NCBI GenBank assembly: GCA_907165135.1
Contig: OU015567.1
Location: 1,612,001 to 1,676,000 of the forward strand
DNA length: 64,000 nt
DNA from: Oikopleura dioica
Lineage: Eukaryota > Animalia > Chordata
Reading direction: 5' to 3'
In this document: piece after piece, positions 12,140-26,300 of the stretch
Numbering within the stretch: the first letter of the stretch is position 1
Layout: the number at the start of each line of letters is the position of its first letter
The notes under the pieces: generated by a model
What the model saw: the letters and a program-made list of their open reading frames with translations, nothing else
The model's database searches: none
Told to the model about the DNA's origin: nothing
Program-made: the position numbers and the translations under genes

Positions 12140-13757
12140 TCGGTCGGAAGGACCACCCCTGCTGTCGGAATATTCTTCGAGAGTTATGTCATCGCTTTTG
12201 TCAGCGTACCAGGCTTAAAATATATTTTATTTTTTGAAAAATAAATTTTTGGAATACCATATTTCGTTTTTTCATCTGGTCTTATAAAGTAGTATTCTTT
12301 GCTATCACTCTTTTTATAAAAATCAAAGAACCAGATGTAGCCAAATTTATCAGAATCTAAGTCAGCGAGTTTTTTGTGGTTGACAACACTTTCGTTTGTT
12401 TGATCTTTCATGAAGCTATTCAATGTAAGTTTCTATTTATTTTTTTGTATTCATTAGCTTTTCCTTTTTTATAAGCGGCAACACAACCAGCTTCTCTGTT
12501 GCAGCCATGAGTCTCGATAATGTATCGATGTTTCTTTTCCGTCGCGTAGAATTTTATTTCATGGTGTCCATCATAAACGAGCATGTTTTCACTCCGAAGT
12601 CCGCAATATGCATATTTCTAAGAAAAGATTTTACCGTAAAATTTTTACGATCGTTGAATTCGAAATAATGCTAGTACCTTATCTTTTTTATTCTTGAATC
12701 CAATGTCGTTAGGACGACATTCAGCATTGCCATTTTGATGGAGAAAACAAACTTCATCATTTTTGCAGTGATTTTCAAAGCAGGAATTATCAGACTGGCA
12801 TTCTGAACCGTACCAGCCCTCCTGACATTTGCATTTGTAAATCCCCCCATCAAGCTCGCAGTCGCCATGGTCGCTGCAACCCGTTACTTGGCAAGATCCA
12901 TGCTCGCAATAGTCGCCACCAAAACCTTCCGGACAATGGCAAATTTTGTCATCAACGCAGTGCCCACCATTTTGGCAAGCGAAAATTGGACACAAGCCAT
13001 TGATTGCTAAGCTTACTGTTGTTGGAGTCTCAATGGTAGTTGTTGTTTCGGCAAAGGTCGTTGTTAGACGACTCGTTTGAATCGTTGGCAGGTTTGTTGG
13101 CGAGTTTGTCGTGGGATTTGTTGTTGGATTCGTTGTCGGTTCCGTCGTTGGATTTCTTGCTGCATTTGTCGTGGAATTTATTGATGGAATCGTTGTTAGG
13201 CCCGCTGTTGTTTTCGTTGTTGGATTCGTTGATGGCTTAATCGTTTGGTCAGTTGTTGAGTCCGCTGTTGGATCTATCGCTTGATTAGTTGTTGGCTCTG
13301 GTTTCGAGTCTGTCGTTGGATTTGTTGTCGCATCTGTTGTCAGGTCTGTTGTTGGGCTCGTCGTTGGTCTTGTTGTTTCATTTGTTGTCAGTTCTGTTGT
13401 CGTTGAAACCTGACTCGTCCTGTCTGTCGTTTTACGATTCGAGCTAAAAGTCGTTGATGATGGACTTTCAGAAGGGTTTGTTATTCGTTGAGTTGTTGAT
13501 TGAATATCAGAAACCGTGGTTTGAGCCGTCGAACTGTGAAATTTCTCAAATGTTGTAGTTGCCGATTCCTCTAGCAATGTTTTATCTGTTGTTAGAATAG
13601 AGGTACTTGTCGTTGTTTCCACAAAGGTATCGTTTTCACTTATTCCAGCGTCATGTGATTTTTTCAGAATAACTGGGACTGTAATATTTATTGTCAAAAA
13701 TATAAGCACAAGAAAAAGCGAAAGGATTGCGCAAATCTTTCTTTTTAAAAGTGACAT
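12140..13757 (-). CDS. Type II membrane mucin-like protein: Thr-rich stalk plus three EGF-like domains
   Basis: N-terminal hydrophobic anchor, TTNP repeats, CQNGGHC..CHCPEGFGGDYC, CSDHGDC..CKCQEGWYGSEC; 3' exons uncertain. Confidence 0.8.
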
Positions 13758-14365
13758 AATTTCCTCTTAGATATTTTTGAAGTAATCTATTTTTCATTGA
13801 AGAAGTCTATTCCGGCTGCATTAAGTAGAGTCCGAACATGATAAGATGACAAACAGGTGGGTTTGCTCAAGAATAAAAAATATTCCATGTTAGCTTGCCC
13901 TAATTCGGATCGAAACGATAAGACTGTCAATTATTCAACTCTAGGACGACAGGTAAGCATAGACACCTGAATGATAAATATCTGATTTATTTTCTGAGTT
14001 CAGAATTCTGAGTGCACGAATCGAGTTACTCAAAGTTTCATAATTTTTGTGGTTTTAACGAAATACTGGTAATTCTCCCACTCGTTATTGCCACAGTCGA
14101 GTGTGTTCAGTTTTATCATTATTTGCTTATAGCAATTATAATTATAATTGATAAAAAAAACTGTCATTCGCCGATTTTCTAAAATGCTGGATGTTTACTT
14201 TTGCGCGCCCAGGTAAATCCAGGGGTGATCCGGGTTGATCCAAAAAATGAAGAAACTGAATCTGAGGCTAATCTTGCCCCCTTTTCAACAATTTTGTTTG
14301 AAGTCAAGTCTTGCTCAGAACATCAAACCCGTTTTTTTTATTCTTCAGAGAGAAAATTTTCGGAA

Positions 14366-16189
14366 ATGAAACTTTCTTCTTCCTTTTTTCTATCGGTGGC
14401 GTTTGGAGAAGTTCCAGTGATTTTGACGAAGGAGCAGATTCAAGAGACGGCGGGAAAATGGGACATGCAAATTGATAAGGCTCATAAAGGGACTTACGAT
14501 CTCATGGGAAAGTGTCATAAACAAGCATAAAAATGGGGATGGGCGACTATAAATCGCAATTTTTGAGGGAGGGGGCACGAATTTACATAAAGGTGCGTCT
14601 ATTTTATAGAAAACTTTTATCAAATTTTCGACCAATAAGATTTTTGCATTCAGCCTGTCGGCCAATCAGATTTCCTGAAAATTGTCTTAAAAATTCAAAA
14701 TATTTTTTGTACCGTTTTTGTGACTTGAGACGACATCTTTTGTTGGGATACTTTTAATAATTTTTTGACACTTCAAAAAGCCAACCAAAAATATATCCAT
14801 TGCGGCTCTAATGGCGATACCATCCGTCTTACATGCCTTGACGGATATGTTGACAACTCAATGAACAAAGACAGTATCACTGCAACCTGCAGCTGTAACG
14901 AAAGTGATTGTAAATTGAACCTTAACAAGCCCTACAAATGCATGAAGTAAGTTTTAAGAGCCTACTTGCTTCTATGGCCAATTCTTTAGACAGGGAATCT
15001 GTCCGATTCCAATTTGGCAAGGCGCATTTGGCCACTCATTGAAAGATTCCGACTCCGACTGGGCGTTGCTCGATTTCAAGCTGCGAAAAGAAGCGGCTCT
15101 TTCGGAAGACATCGTTGGATTCACTTGGGATCAGGAGCAGGTTTTAAATTTTCACCAGCTAGATTAAGAAGCTTCGAAAATGTTTTGTTGTTCCATTTTT
15201 TGAAACTTGAGAAAACAGTGGTTCCCCAAAGATGATAATTTTACACTGGTGGTGGCGTGTCCCTTCAACGTGTTTGGCTTTGAGTACGCGGAGGAAATTG
15301 ATATGGACGATATTGAACAAGTCACTAAGTAAGTAAGCATCTCTTCTTTCTTTATGGACTTTTGATCAATTATCATTAGTTTTGTCTTCATCATCATTTT
15401 AGTCAAGGAATGGAAATGCTCAAAACATGTCAAAGCGACGAACTGGCCCGATTGAACCTAAAAGAAAACTCTGCCCGAACCGCCCGAAAGAACAGAAAAC
15501 TCAAACGCCTGGCGACTCGAGCTGCGAAAAAGGGTCGAAAAGCAAGAATGAATGGAGATTTTACAGACAAACTGTGCGAAATGGTGAAAGAAGAGCGAAC
15601 GAGATTTGATCAATACTTGAAAAGAAAGAACATTCTAGTGGAAAGAAGCTCTTGGGCGAGGGAGATGGAGTACGAAAGCGAATGTCTTTGTGAAAAAGAG
15701 GTTTGGGTTTCAAGCCATGTTAAAATTCATAAAATGATCTAGAAATGGGCTGGTCGAGAGTATTACGGAAAAATCTCAACTATTGATGGTCGAGTCACAT
15801 CTGCTTCAGCTGACGGTCGTCTTTGGACCATCGTTTCCAAGGGTAAAAATAGAGCAATCGACTTTTCAAACATCAAAATTTAAAGGAACGAAGGGAGTAG
15901 AGTCAGGAGCCCGCTCATTCAAAATCGCCATCGACATGCTCAACGAAAACTCACACATCAAATGGATGAGCAACAAGGAAATGAAAGCAGCCGGAGAGAA
16001 GAAACAGTACACTTGCGAACTTGGCATCGTTTCCGGCTACTACCCTCATCTTGCTCCTTGCCTCGGTATTTATCAACTCTCGTTTTATTTTAATTAAATT
16101 TTGTAGAAAAATTTCATGGGGGTGAGATTCACAAGTACATGAAAAACTACAAGCAAGCTAAGAAGCTCGGACTCATCAATAGAGAATAG
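14366..16189 (+). CDS. Secreted multi-exon protein with a Sushi-like Cys module (lineage-specific, possibly a house/oikosin-type protein)
   Basis: MKLSSSFFLSVAFG signal; C..LTCLDGY..ATCSCNESDC; successive + strand exons to about 16189. Could be two genes. Confidence 0.5.
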
Positions 16190-16249
16190 AATTTTTATGA
16201 CTGTAAATATAAAATAGGCATTGGTAAATAAAAATTAACGAGAATGAAG

Positions 16250-17599
16250 AACTATATGCAGGTTTTAAGAATATCCAATCCTGGTTGAGATTTCTTCGAT
16301 TCATCAATATTATGCAGATTTTGACGAATCTAAAAGTGTTTTATGCCAAAAGGGTCATTTCCAAGACTAACTTTTGATAGCACATTTGAACTATTTCTTA
16401 TTCCTTCCCAGGGCATATCTTTGAATGTTTCCCAGACGGTCGTATACGGCAGATTTTTCCAACTCAAGAAAGAGCTTCCTTGCCCATGCAACAAGGCGCA
16501 CCCTCTCTCTTTCGTTATTTTCTGACAGAAACAATCTTCTTTCAACTCGATAGTGCAAGACCGAACTCCCCAAGATCGAAGGTTCCATTCGCAGGGAAGA
16601 ATACCAAGCATCTCCTTATTCTCGTGGAAAAGAGCGTTCAAAGCGCACTGGTCAGCGAGAAAATGAGCTCTCCAGATAATATGACGGGTGATGGAGTCAT
16701 TGAGTGCTTTTTCGTAGGAGTTCTAATAGAGAATCGATTGAGTTGTTTTCCTTGTCTTACATTTGGGTCGTGATGATAAGGAGTCCTGAAAATATTTTGC
16801 CTCAGACGATCGAAATCCCAGATGTGCAGACCCCCGTTTAGGCCATATTTATTGTGAGAATATGGTCGATGCGAATAATATCTTTCGAAAGGATCGAAAA
16901 AATAACGTATTTTTACATCATCAGATTCATCATTTTTATCCTTTGCCATGCTCTTTATGAGGATGTTCTTGAGCCATTCCGATAACTGTATTATTCGGCA
17001 AATGGTCAAAAATTTCAAAAAGCTCCTCAATCGGCCTGAGAATAATCGTATCTGCATCGAGCAACATCAATCTTTTCAACTCTGGGAAAGTTTGATGGAA
17101 AACGACTTTCAAGTGGCCACAGCCTTTGAATTTCAGAGTTTCGCGAAGTGAGTCCATTTCGGGAGACGTATTGTCTTTTCGGATGTCGAAAAATGTGTGG
17201 TTCAGATCGGGTATAGAAGTGGAGATGAAGTTCTGGACAGAAATTGGGTTGTCAGTGGCGATTCGGAAGTTGATATGGCAGTTTGTGAAAGTAAGGATGC
17301 TCTTAGAAGGAGTAAATGGGGATCAATGAATGATCTTTTCCTACCTTTATCGAAACGAGGAACATATTCAGGAAGAAGTCAGTTTTCGTCCCTCCACCAG
17401 GGCAAATTATAAAACCAATATCTAGCTCTCTCATTTTTCTCTCATTATTTTGATCTTTTCGAATTTGAAGATATCTTTGTATTGAAGAAAAATCAGCATA
17501 TTGCTCGATCAGAAACGGATAGTAAAAACTTATTCCAAGCGCAGTCAAAATTATTAAAATTACCAAAATTTTTAAGAAAAGAAAAACTCTCTCACGCAT
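16250..17599 (-). CDS. Glycosyltransferase family 8, glucoside xylosyltransferase (GXYLT)-like
   Basis: N-terminal TM, LMLLDADTII (DxD), GLNGGLHIWDFDRLR, DQ..LNALFH, LPCEWNLR, LLHG. Confidence 0.8.
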
Positions 17600-17968
17600 T
17601 TTCACTGTTGTTATTATTTCTGTTTCCTAGGATTTTTACGTAACAAAGAGCAGCAATTAAAAAATCATAAGTTTTATGATGCGATGTGTCAAGGTTAAAG
17701 CGACAAAATGACGGATTTTGCTGATTTTTGTGTGAAAATTCAGAGTGTCGAAAATTTGTTCTTTTTTAAATCTTATATTATTAATAATCATTTTGATAAA
17801 ACAATTATAAGGGAAATTCGCGCTGAAAGACAAAATCCCAATTAGTAATAAGCAATAAACTTCAAAACATCATCTCAGACGCGCGATAAATCAGACTTTG
17901 ATGAATAAAATAATTTCGACTCTGCTCTCTAGAAACACAGCTTTACGCAGTTTTTATGTTTTGCAATC

Positions 17969-18401
17969 ATGGAGGAGTTAGTGAAAATGGAGGAGTATAA
18001 ATCGAGAGGAACATCTTTGAAGGCATCGATCAAGAGAAAAATAAGCTCTGAGGAGTATGTCAAGAAAGAAATTAAAATTACAGGAAACTCTCAACAAAGC
18101 CCTAGAAATGAGGACAAAATAAAAATATTTTTGAGAGTCGGATAAGTCTACGAAGAGGAGCCCTTAACCCGAAAAAGTAGCCGCACCGAAAGCCTCCCTC
18201 GAAAAACTTCGAACCTTGACGAATCCATCGACCACGACCTGGGTGGATTTATTAGATTCTGCAGCATAGGCTTGGTTCAAATTAATTTCAAGCTCCAAAC
18301 CCTAACTCATCATTTTTGACCCGATTTTGAGCTTTTTACTGCGCCTTCATCACCGCTGCTCTTTTCATGACGTACATTTTGCTTTATGTCAATCTTGGCT
18401 A
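17969..18401 (+). CDS. Possible small orphan protein with a C-terminal TM helix
   Basis: MEELVKMEEYK... start and FYCAFITAALFMTYILLYVNLG* end; splicing not resolved. Confidence 0.3.
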
Positions 18402-18465
18402 GAAAGGAAAGATGACTCGCTGTACATTTTCTGTATGACTGTATTTATTTTTAAACAAAGAGATT

Positions 18466-19367
18466 TTATACAAATTCTTTTCTCTGGGAATATTGAGATG
18501 AGTGGTAGGATTGAGCGTAATGGTGGCCGGATTGGTAGTTGTTTCGTTGAGCATCTGAAAATTTTTGAATTTCGACGAGACTTCTTGCTACTTACAGTCG
18601 ACGTCGTACTCGTCCTCTTCATCATCCTTGCTGCCGCAGCAACCCATAAACATAATGATAGCGACACCGATATAAATGGCAGATGCGCACCATCCAGCGT
18701 AAATTGCCGCTCCCAGAGTCCATTGAGTTCCCTAAAATCTCCACTATAAAAAGCCTCTAGAATCGTTACTTACAGCATTGACTTGCATTCCTCCACCATA
18801 TCCGCCACCGCCCATAGCAAGCATTTTGTACCTTCTAATGATGCTATGAGCGGCCCAGGAAGTAGCGGCAAGAATCAAGAAACCCGCGACGGAAAAGCAA
18901 CCGGCAGCGCCGCCAGCTGCTCGATTTTTGTCTTTTTTGGTGCTGGCGATGTTGACCGATTCGGAAGAAGCGACGCCGGAAACAAATCCGCAGGTTCCAG
19001 CGATGCAGCCGAGGATGACAAGGGCTCTTAGTGGAATATAAGTAAGGGTTGAAAAGGGTCTTTTCTTATTACCGAAAACCGACTATTCCATATTGAGCTA
19101 ACTGAGCAATACCGAATTGAGAAAGACTCTGGCATTGATAATTTCCAGCATTAGCTGGCTTCTCACAGTATTTCCACAAGCCGAGGGCCTTGGTTTGTGA
19201 TGTCTGGATTCCTTAATATCTTCGTTGATATCATTTGATTGAATTTGAATCTGCTCACCTGCCATATTAGAGACATTTGTAGCCCAAAAAGGTGTGATCA
19301 GACAATAAAAACTCAAAAAGACTGCGCAAAAGCCGAGAAAGATGCCTACTGTTCTTGCAAACCCCAT
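18466..19367 (-). CDS. Claudin-family tetraspan protein
   Basis: TPFW...GLWKYC...YQC signature, four TM segments, WTLGAAIYAGW, C-terminal KEFV* PDZ-type motif. Confidence 0.88.
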
Positions 19368-19557
19368 TTTCAACGAATTCTCTGCTCACTCGACAACGGA
19401 AATTTGAATATTGCGGGTGCGCCGGATTGATGAACAAATACGAATTTGGCCTCCGTAATTGGCAAGCAAATGGTAGAAGGGAAAACAAATACCAGTATGG
19501 CGGGACAATGAGAGAATAAAATAAATATGAACAACAATTTTCTTAGATTGATTCCAA

Positions 19558-20460
19558 CTATAAACGAAAAAGAAAATCGTATGGTTTCCCAACATTCCCC
19601 AGTTTTCGTGATATTGCTTTCAAGTTCTCTTGAAATCGCTCTTTATAGCTCATTATACTTTTTTCAGCGAGTGTAACTTCGGTTAAATGATGGAGTTCTT
19701 TGAATATTTCATCCAAAATATCTGCCATTTGCGTCCGAAAGAAGGACTCGTATCTGATTATTATTTTCCCACAATCATTGTGCCATTTTCGTGCCTGATT
19801 GATCAATTGATGCGTCTCCGTTTCCCATCTTTCTTTCAGGCTTATTTCTTCGATAGCCTGGAGTCGCATGTTATCTACTTCTTCTTCAATATTTTTTTGA
19901 GTTTTGAATAGAGTTTTGAAATAAGACTCAAATCGAACTTGATGCATATTCAGATATTCTAGATTATCATCGATATAATCATTTTCAGTGATAACTCTTT
20001 CGAATATTCTTTTTATCTTTTGTCCCAGTTCCAGAATGTTGGTTTCAAGCTCAGTAGACGTTTGTACAGCGTCAGATTCTAGTTTTTTGATAACTAATTC
20101 TTGATTTTCAAGCCTTTGCTTCAGGTCCTCATTATCCGTCTCAAGCTTTTTGATCAACGAATTCTGATCATTAATTGTGTTCTTCAAATCATATCTTTCG
20201 CTTTCAGCATCCGCTATCTTTATTGTCAGCCAGTCTGTCTTCCTTTTTACTTGTCGAATTTCATCATCAATCATTTTCTGCAAATCCCCTCTTGTTAAAC
20301 CTGAAGACTCGAAGTCGATACTTTTACTTCATGCTTTCTTACCTGGTCCAACTTCTCTATTTACTGAATCCTCAGAAAAAGAACTTTCACTTTGAGAGGA
20401 GAAATTTTCAAAATCATTAGTAACAGTATTTTCACTTGCCGTACTTTCGTTGTCAGACAT
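19558..20460 (-). CDS. Coiled-coil protein of unknown function
   Basis: 241-aa heptad-rich ORF plus an upstream exon starting MSDNESTAS (ATG 20460). Confidence 0.6.
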
Positions 20461-20633
20461 TTTCGAAAAGCTTCTCGACAAAAAATGATTTTCCCTCAAT
20501 AGAGGAGTAAAGCAAAGAGAACACCTCTTGAAAGAAATGTTAACAATCAGTATTTAAATATGAAATTCAAATACAGACTGTCATTGACATCATTTATTTC
20601 TTTTCTTATAGTTTATTACACAATAGAAAGAAA

Positions 20634-23198
20634 TCATGACCAGTTCCATTCAAGATCCCGTCTTGACGATTCTCTTGTCGTCGCTTTTAAAATATCTCCA
20701 GGAAGAAACCCCCTATCAATCCAATCTGCCGAGAATCCAAACTCACCTTCATCGACATACTCTATTTCATTTGCTATAAACATTAAGTAGGAGTTTATCG
20801 TATTCTGCATTACCTTTATAAAATAAAGTAGCAGCGGATGTTTTATAAATTTGAATTCCTCTCCTCATTATTGAAATTTCAGCTTCTGTCGATAAATGAC
20901 CGCTAAAAACATGCTCGAAACTGTAAAAATCGTCTCGTACCTTTTAATCCTACACCCAGCTAAAAGACCTTCTTTCTTGTCACCAGGGTTAACTCCTTTT
21001 TGAAACACTTTTAAAACCTCAGCTTCTCCACTTTCTTCCTCAACGATGTCAAGCGGCATTGCTTCCGCTAGATCTGCTTCGATTTCATTCATCAAATGGT
21101 AGATAACGTTGGAGTCGTAGATTTTGATGGCGTTTTCTTTGGCTTGGAAAGCGATTTTCGGATCAATTGGTTGGTTGAAATTGATAATCTGTAGCTTTGG
21201 CGTTGCTTTATGACGATTTTAAAAGAGATCTATTTAATAACTTTTCTATTGAAATCATTCCTGAAAAAGCTTCTTTTATATCAGCAGTCGAGATGGGACC
21301 AACATCAAAGTTAATAATCGACATCAAGGGCTCATCATCTTCCGGCTCGTATTTTCCAATTGCATCTCTTACTTGTTCGCAAACGAAACTCAAGAATCAA
21401 TTATAAAAGCTTGCAAACCAGACCTATGATAGCTTCAACGGAGCCAGAAACATCGCCTTTCACGAGAAACTGGAAGGACTTTTCTTTTTGAATTTCCAGG
21501 GCTTCAAGTTTTTTCGCTTGAATCATCAGATCAATGTGGGTTCTTTGCTCGGTCGTTAGTCGATAGTAGCCTTTTTCGATTTTTCGTCGCATGATTTCTT
21601 TGTCGTAGTCCATATTTTCTAAGAGAGACGTAAGCGACCGAAGAGAGTGAATAAATTGTACCTGAGGAGTTGTTTTCAATGTTGTATTGCATCTCAAACT
21701 GCTTTCTCGCTTCTGCTTCTCTGAATTTCTTCGCTTTTTCGGCAAGTGTCTTCTTTGTCGCTTGAAAAAACGCACCAGGATCTGGCCGACTTTTGAATCC
21801 AACAACAAGTCCAAACTCCCCCGGTCCAAGTTTCTTTACTTTCTTCATCTTTTCATCAAACAACTGTCTAATCTTCGCCACATGCGTTCCAGCAATCACG
21901 TGTTGCCCCGATTTCAGTTCACCACGATTGATTAAAACGGTCGAGACAAGACCGAGTCCAGTCTTCGGTGCTTGTGTTTCGAGAATGAATCCTTCTGCAT
22001 CGCCGGTTTTCGCGGCCTTGAGATTTTGTTCTTCAATACTTTCTTGGAGAAACAAGAGCATTTCTTCAACCCCTTCTCCTGTCTTTGCAGAGATTGGGAA
22101 AACATCCTCGCTGTCGAAATAGTTGCGAATTTGCGCCGTGACTCTCTCGATATCCGCTCCCTTTCTGTCCATCTTCGTGATGACAAAGGTGATTGGCGTG
22201 TTGGATTTCTTCGCAAACTCGACAGACTGGATGGTCTGTGGCATGACTCCATCATCAGCCGCAACGACGACAATAACACGGTCAACAACTGACGCGCCTC
22301 GTTCTCGAATCGCTCGAAAAGCAGCGTGCCCGGGCGTGTCCAAAAACGTCATTTTTTCTCCAAGAACTTTGACACTGAACGCAGCGATATGTTGAGTAAT
22401 TCCTCCAGCTTCCGCGTCCGCTATGAATGACGAACGGAGATGGTCCAGAAGGGTGGTTTTTCCGTGGTCGACGTGACCCATAATCGCGACGCAAGGGATC
22501 TTTTTAGTTAGATTTTTCGGATTAGTTTCTGGCGAAGCTGGGAAAAGATCGTTGTCCTGAATGAATTGGAGTTCCTTTTCGATTTCGTACTCGTGGTCGA
22601 TATTGTTTATTCTTATCGTGATGCCCATTTCTTTCGCGATCATTTGAATTATCCGCGGTTCTGGCTAAAATATGTGAAAAATAAAATCAACTTAAATTTT
22701 CCAACCTGAAAAGTTTTTTTCAACTGATGACTCTTCAAATGCGGCACATTCAAAATCCTGGCATAACTTTCAATTAACAGCAATCTATCAACATTCAAGG
22801 AATCGAAGTAATTAAACCACATCTCCCAAGTCCAGCCGATCTCCCCAAAATCACGCAACTTTGGTCCCGGAACGGTAACGATTGTTTCTTCTTGCTCGAG
22901 GCGGCGCTCAGCAGACCGGGCTTTTCGTTCGATTCCTTCGAGTTTGACGCGTTCTTGACGCTCCGATTCTTGAATGAAAGCCTTTTTCGTCTTTTCGGAG
23001 GTTCAGTAAGAGTTAAAAAAAACAAGTCATTCGAAAAAGGAGGTAGAACCTGACCATTTTCGCTTTCGCCATTCTGCCGGTGACGACACTATTTATCATC
23101 GATTCAAAGTCTTCATTTCTCAGCCTGACAGAATAACTCAGAGCCCTATTTCGCCGTAAAACGGTCCTCGCTATTCCCAATTTCGATGCAGAATTCAT
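20634..23198 (-). CDS. MTIF2: Mitochondrial translation initiation factor IF-2
   Basis: GHVDHGKTT, EAGGITQHI, DTPGH, DDGVMPQT, KGDVSGSVEAI, VGPISTADI; basic N-terminal presequence. Confidence 0.95.
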
Positions 23199-23352
23199 GC
23201 TAGAAAGAACAACTCTCAGAAGATCATTTTTCGCTGAAATCTTTCTTTATTCCTTCAATAGATACAGGTTCGTACAGGCAAAAACATTCTGTTCAGCAGC
23301 TTTTTCAATTTGAAAATGGAATAAAAATGTCGCTCGTGATTTTCTTCAAATT

Positions 23353-26300
23353 CTATCCTTGCCATTTTAACTTGCCCTTGTTTCCGACGATCTTTCTTGG
23401 GGGAGTCTTGACGCGTAAGCAGCTCTTGGTGGGCGTCACGTGAGCGTTGGGAACGGAGCTATCGCCTTGGTGCTTTCCCACGACCTCTGGCTTGTCCAAT
23501 TTCTAGGAACAAGCGGTTAGAAATGGGAATTTACTTTGTTCCTACCTTGAAGGGCTTGAACTCCGCAATCTGTTCGCGGAACTTCAATTTGAACTCCTTC
23601 GAATAGTTCTGCTTCACCGCCTCTTTGTTAACCTTCGACTGCTTCTTTTGCTTCTTCATCAGTTTCCGCTGAGCAGCTGTGACGAAGGCAGTGCCGGATG
23701 GTTCCGAAGGTTCGTCAGCGACTTTGACGAACTTGAGGTCTTCGCCCTTCAGTTTCTTGCCGAATTTCTTGCGCGGTTCTTTGCACGCGTTCACCTTGTT
23801 TAAAATGTCAGGAACGAACGAAAGGAAAGATTTGGAACTCACCCTTGGATCCTCACTCGGTATCTTGTCGATGTTCCTTCGGATCTGTTCGGCTAACTCT
23901 GCAAGGGAGGTTTTTGCCGGCTCATCTCGCTTTTTTATTTCGAGGACGATGTCCTCGTCCTCTTTTTCGTCATCGAAGAGATTTTCATCGTCGAGTATAG
24001 TATCGTCGATGGTATAATTGGGACGTTCTGGCGAGTCCCAGGGACGAGGTTGAGCATCGGTAGTGCCTTCATACCATGGAGGCGACATTCTGGCGACATC
24101 TTCGAAGACTCCCTTAAAAATTCAGTGACTGAGATGTCTTATCAAGGCCGGACGTAATTCACAGATTCTCGAAAATTCCAAAAAAATTACGAAATCGCAA
24201 TTAGAAAGAAATCAATATTTTCTTATCAGAACGATACATTTCTTTATTCATTCTTTATCTCTACATCATGCACAGAAGAATGATCACTCGTGCAGTATTT
24301 TTTCTCAATTTACCATTTTCTCGTTTTTGCTGGTTTTCTTCTTTTTCTGTGTTTTCGTCTCTTTCACTGCGGTGCGCTCAGTTGTCGCGGGCGCGGGGAT
24401 AGGCGCCGATTCATCAGCCTCTAGGATTGCGAGATTCTTGGCCACTTTCCTTTTCCTCTTTAGTTTTCGAATGACGCGCTCGACTTCCGCGCTTGGTTGT
24501 TCCAACTCGTCAGTTCCGAATCCTTCGTCTTCTTCTCCAGAAGCAATTTCGACTTCTGACCACTGCTGTTCTGCCGCCTCTTTTGCTTCCTGATTTCGGG
24601 ATTCAAAACAGTCGAAAATTCAAAGTACCTTCTATTACTTCAGTAGAAAAATGGTAAAGAAAAGGCTCTGATCCCTTCCCTGTTTTCTCCTCTTCGCTCT
24701 TTCCTTGATCTTCAACGCCTTTGGCTTCTTCTTCTCCTTCGGTTTCTTGACAACTCTAGAATCAATCTGGTCATCTTCGATGTCCAAAAACTTCTCGAGC
24801 TTCTTTGAAATATCGCCATCGATGGAATACGCTTTCTTGACGCCTATTGCAAAATGATAATCAATGCCAAAAGCGTTCATAACTAACCGTCCCACTTTTT
24901 CAATTCCTTCTTCGAGTATCCCTCTTCTGTGTGGTAGAGGAATTTGTCGACATCGTCCGTTTCCATCGTCCAGTCGCTGATCTCGTCCATTGGGCATTCG
25001 CCTTCGGCAACGCTCTTCAGTCGCTGGAGAACTCGATTCATCGCTTTCTGCTGCTTTTTGTTTACTAAAAGAATCATGAAAATAAATGGAAATGGAAAAT
25101 TGAACAAAAAGGGGACCACCTGATTCTCAAGAACTTTCGTTAACCGTACTTATCCTCTAAATAAAAAATGGATCTAGGTCAATAATCATCCCACGAAAAA
25201 AGTCACCCCGTTCTCAAGAATGTTTATTTCGTCTCAATTCCCCGCGTCGTAAACATTAAAAATTCCAGAGCCGATCTTGACCGGGTTGACAGGTGATTAA
25301 TTTTAACAAATCTGGAAACATCTTTTGCGATAGCGATCAGACTCCGGCGCTTTGAAGGAGCAGCGGAAAGGATTAAAGAAAATCTTGTAGACAATCGGAA
25401 GACAGATGGGCATAACAAGAAAGGGATGAGAGAAAAAGGATGAAAATCGGCGGAGCTGACCGGAAACAGACCATTTTTCAAATAGAATAAATTTTCCAAA
25501 ATATACAAATGTACCTATTCCTGGAAAGCCAGTCAATATTAATAAACTTGTCTATAAGACAAGTTTAGTAAACTAATCTATCTTTTCGATGGTGAATTTT
25601 GCAATTCGATCAAGCTCATTTCATAACATGCCATATCCTTCGAAGTCAGGCCCCAGAAACAAAGCGGTTTCGCCAAAAAAAAACATTTCAGTCGGCTCAA
25701 ATTTCTAGCGAAGGTACTTCGTCAAGGCCACTTTCGAAGTTTTATGTCACTTTTTTCTTCATGAGATACCTTCTAGTTTAGCTGGCATAAAATCGGATCA
25801 GGATAAATACTGAAGCCCCTAAAAACTATGCAGTTTCATAGTAAAAAACCGAATTGAGTAAATAAAAACAGTATAGCCGTCGTGTATAATTAACCCCGCG
25901 CCGTACCGACTTCACTCTCAAAACCTGGCATTGCTCCATAATTTCCCCCAAAAAAGCAACGAAAACAAGACTCACAACAAAAACCCCACCGAACAAAGGT
26001 CAACACAAGCGCCTGCCAGTGCCACTCAGCTTATCTTTTCCAAACTATCAATCCACAAAACAAAAGCGCGAAATTGAAAAATTTTTCATTACACAAAAAT
26101 TAGGGCTTATTGGATCTCTAGCGGGGCAGATGGCAATTTTTGCTTAGAGATACTTATCGCTTGATTAGCGGAAAAGAAACCACCGTCTGAAAAAACACCG
26201 CCACGATATCCCGAGCGCCACCCAGCTGCTCCTCAAGGAACCTATATAAATCCCCAAATTTTTCAAGAGAAGCATCAAAAATCAAAAATCAACGACTTAA

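Noticed and set aside
16638-17157. Frameshifted GT8 pseudogene
   Set aside because: Frame changes can be explained by short, partly non-GT introns.
25543-25567. 11-bp perfect palindrome
   Set aside because: Isolated and AT-rich with no other copy seen; plausible by chance.
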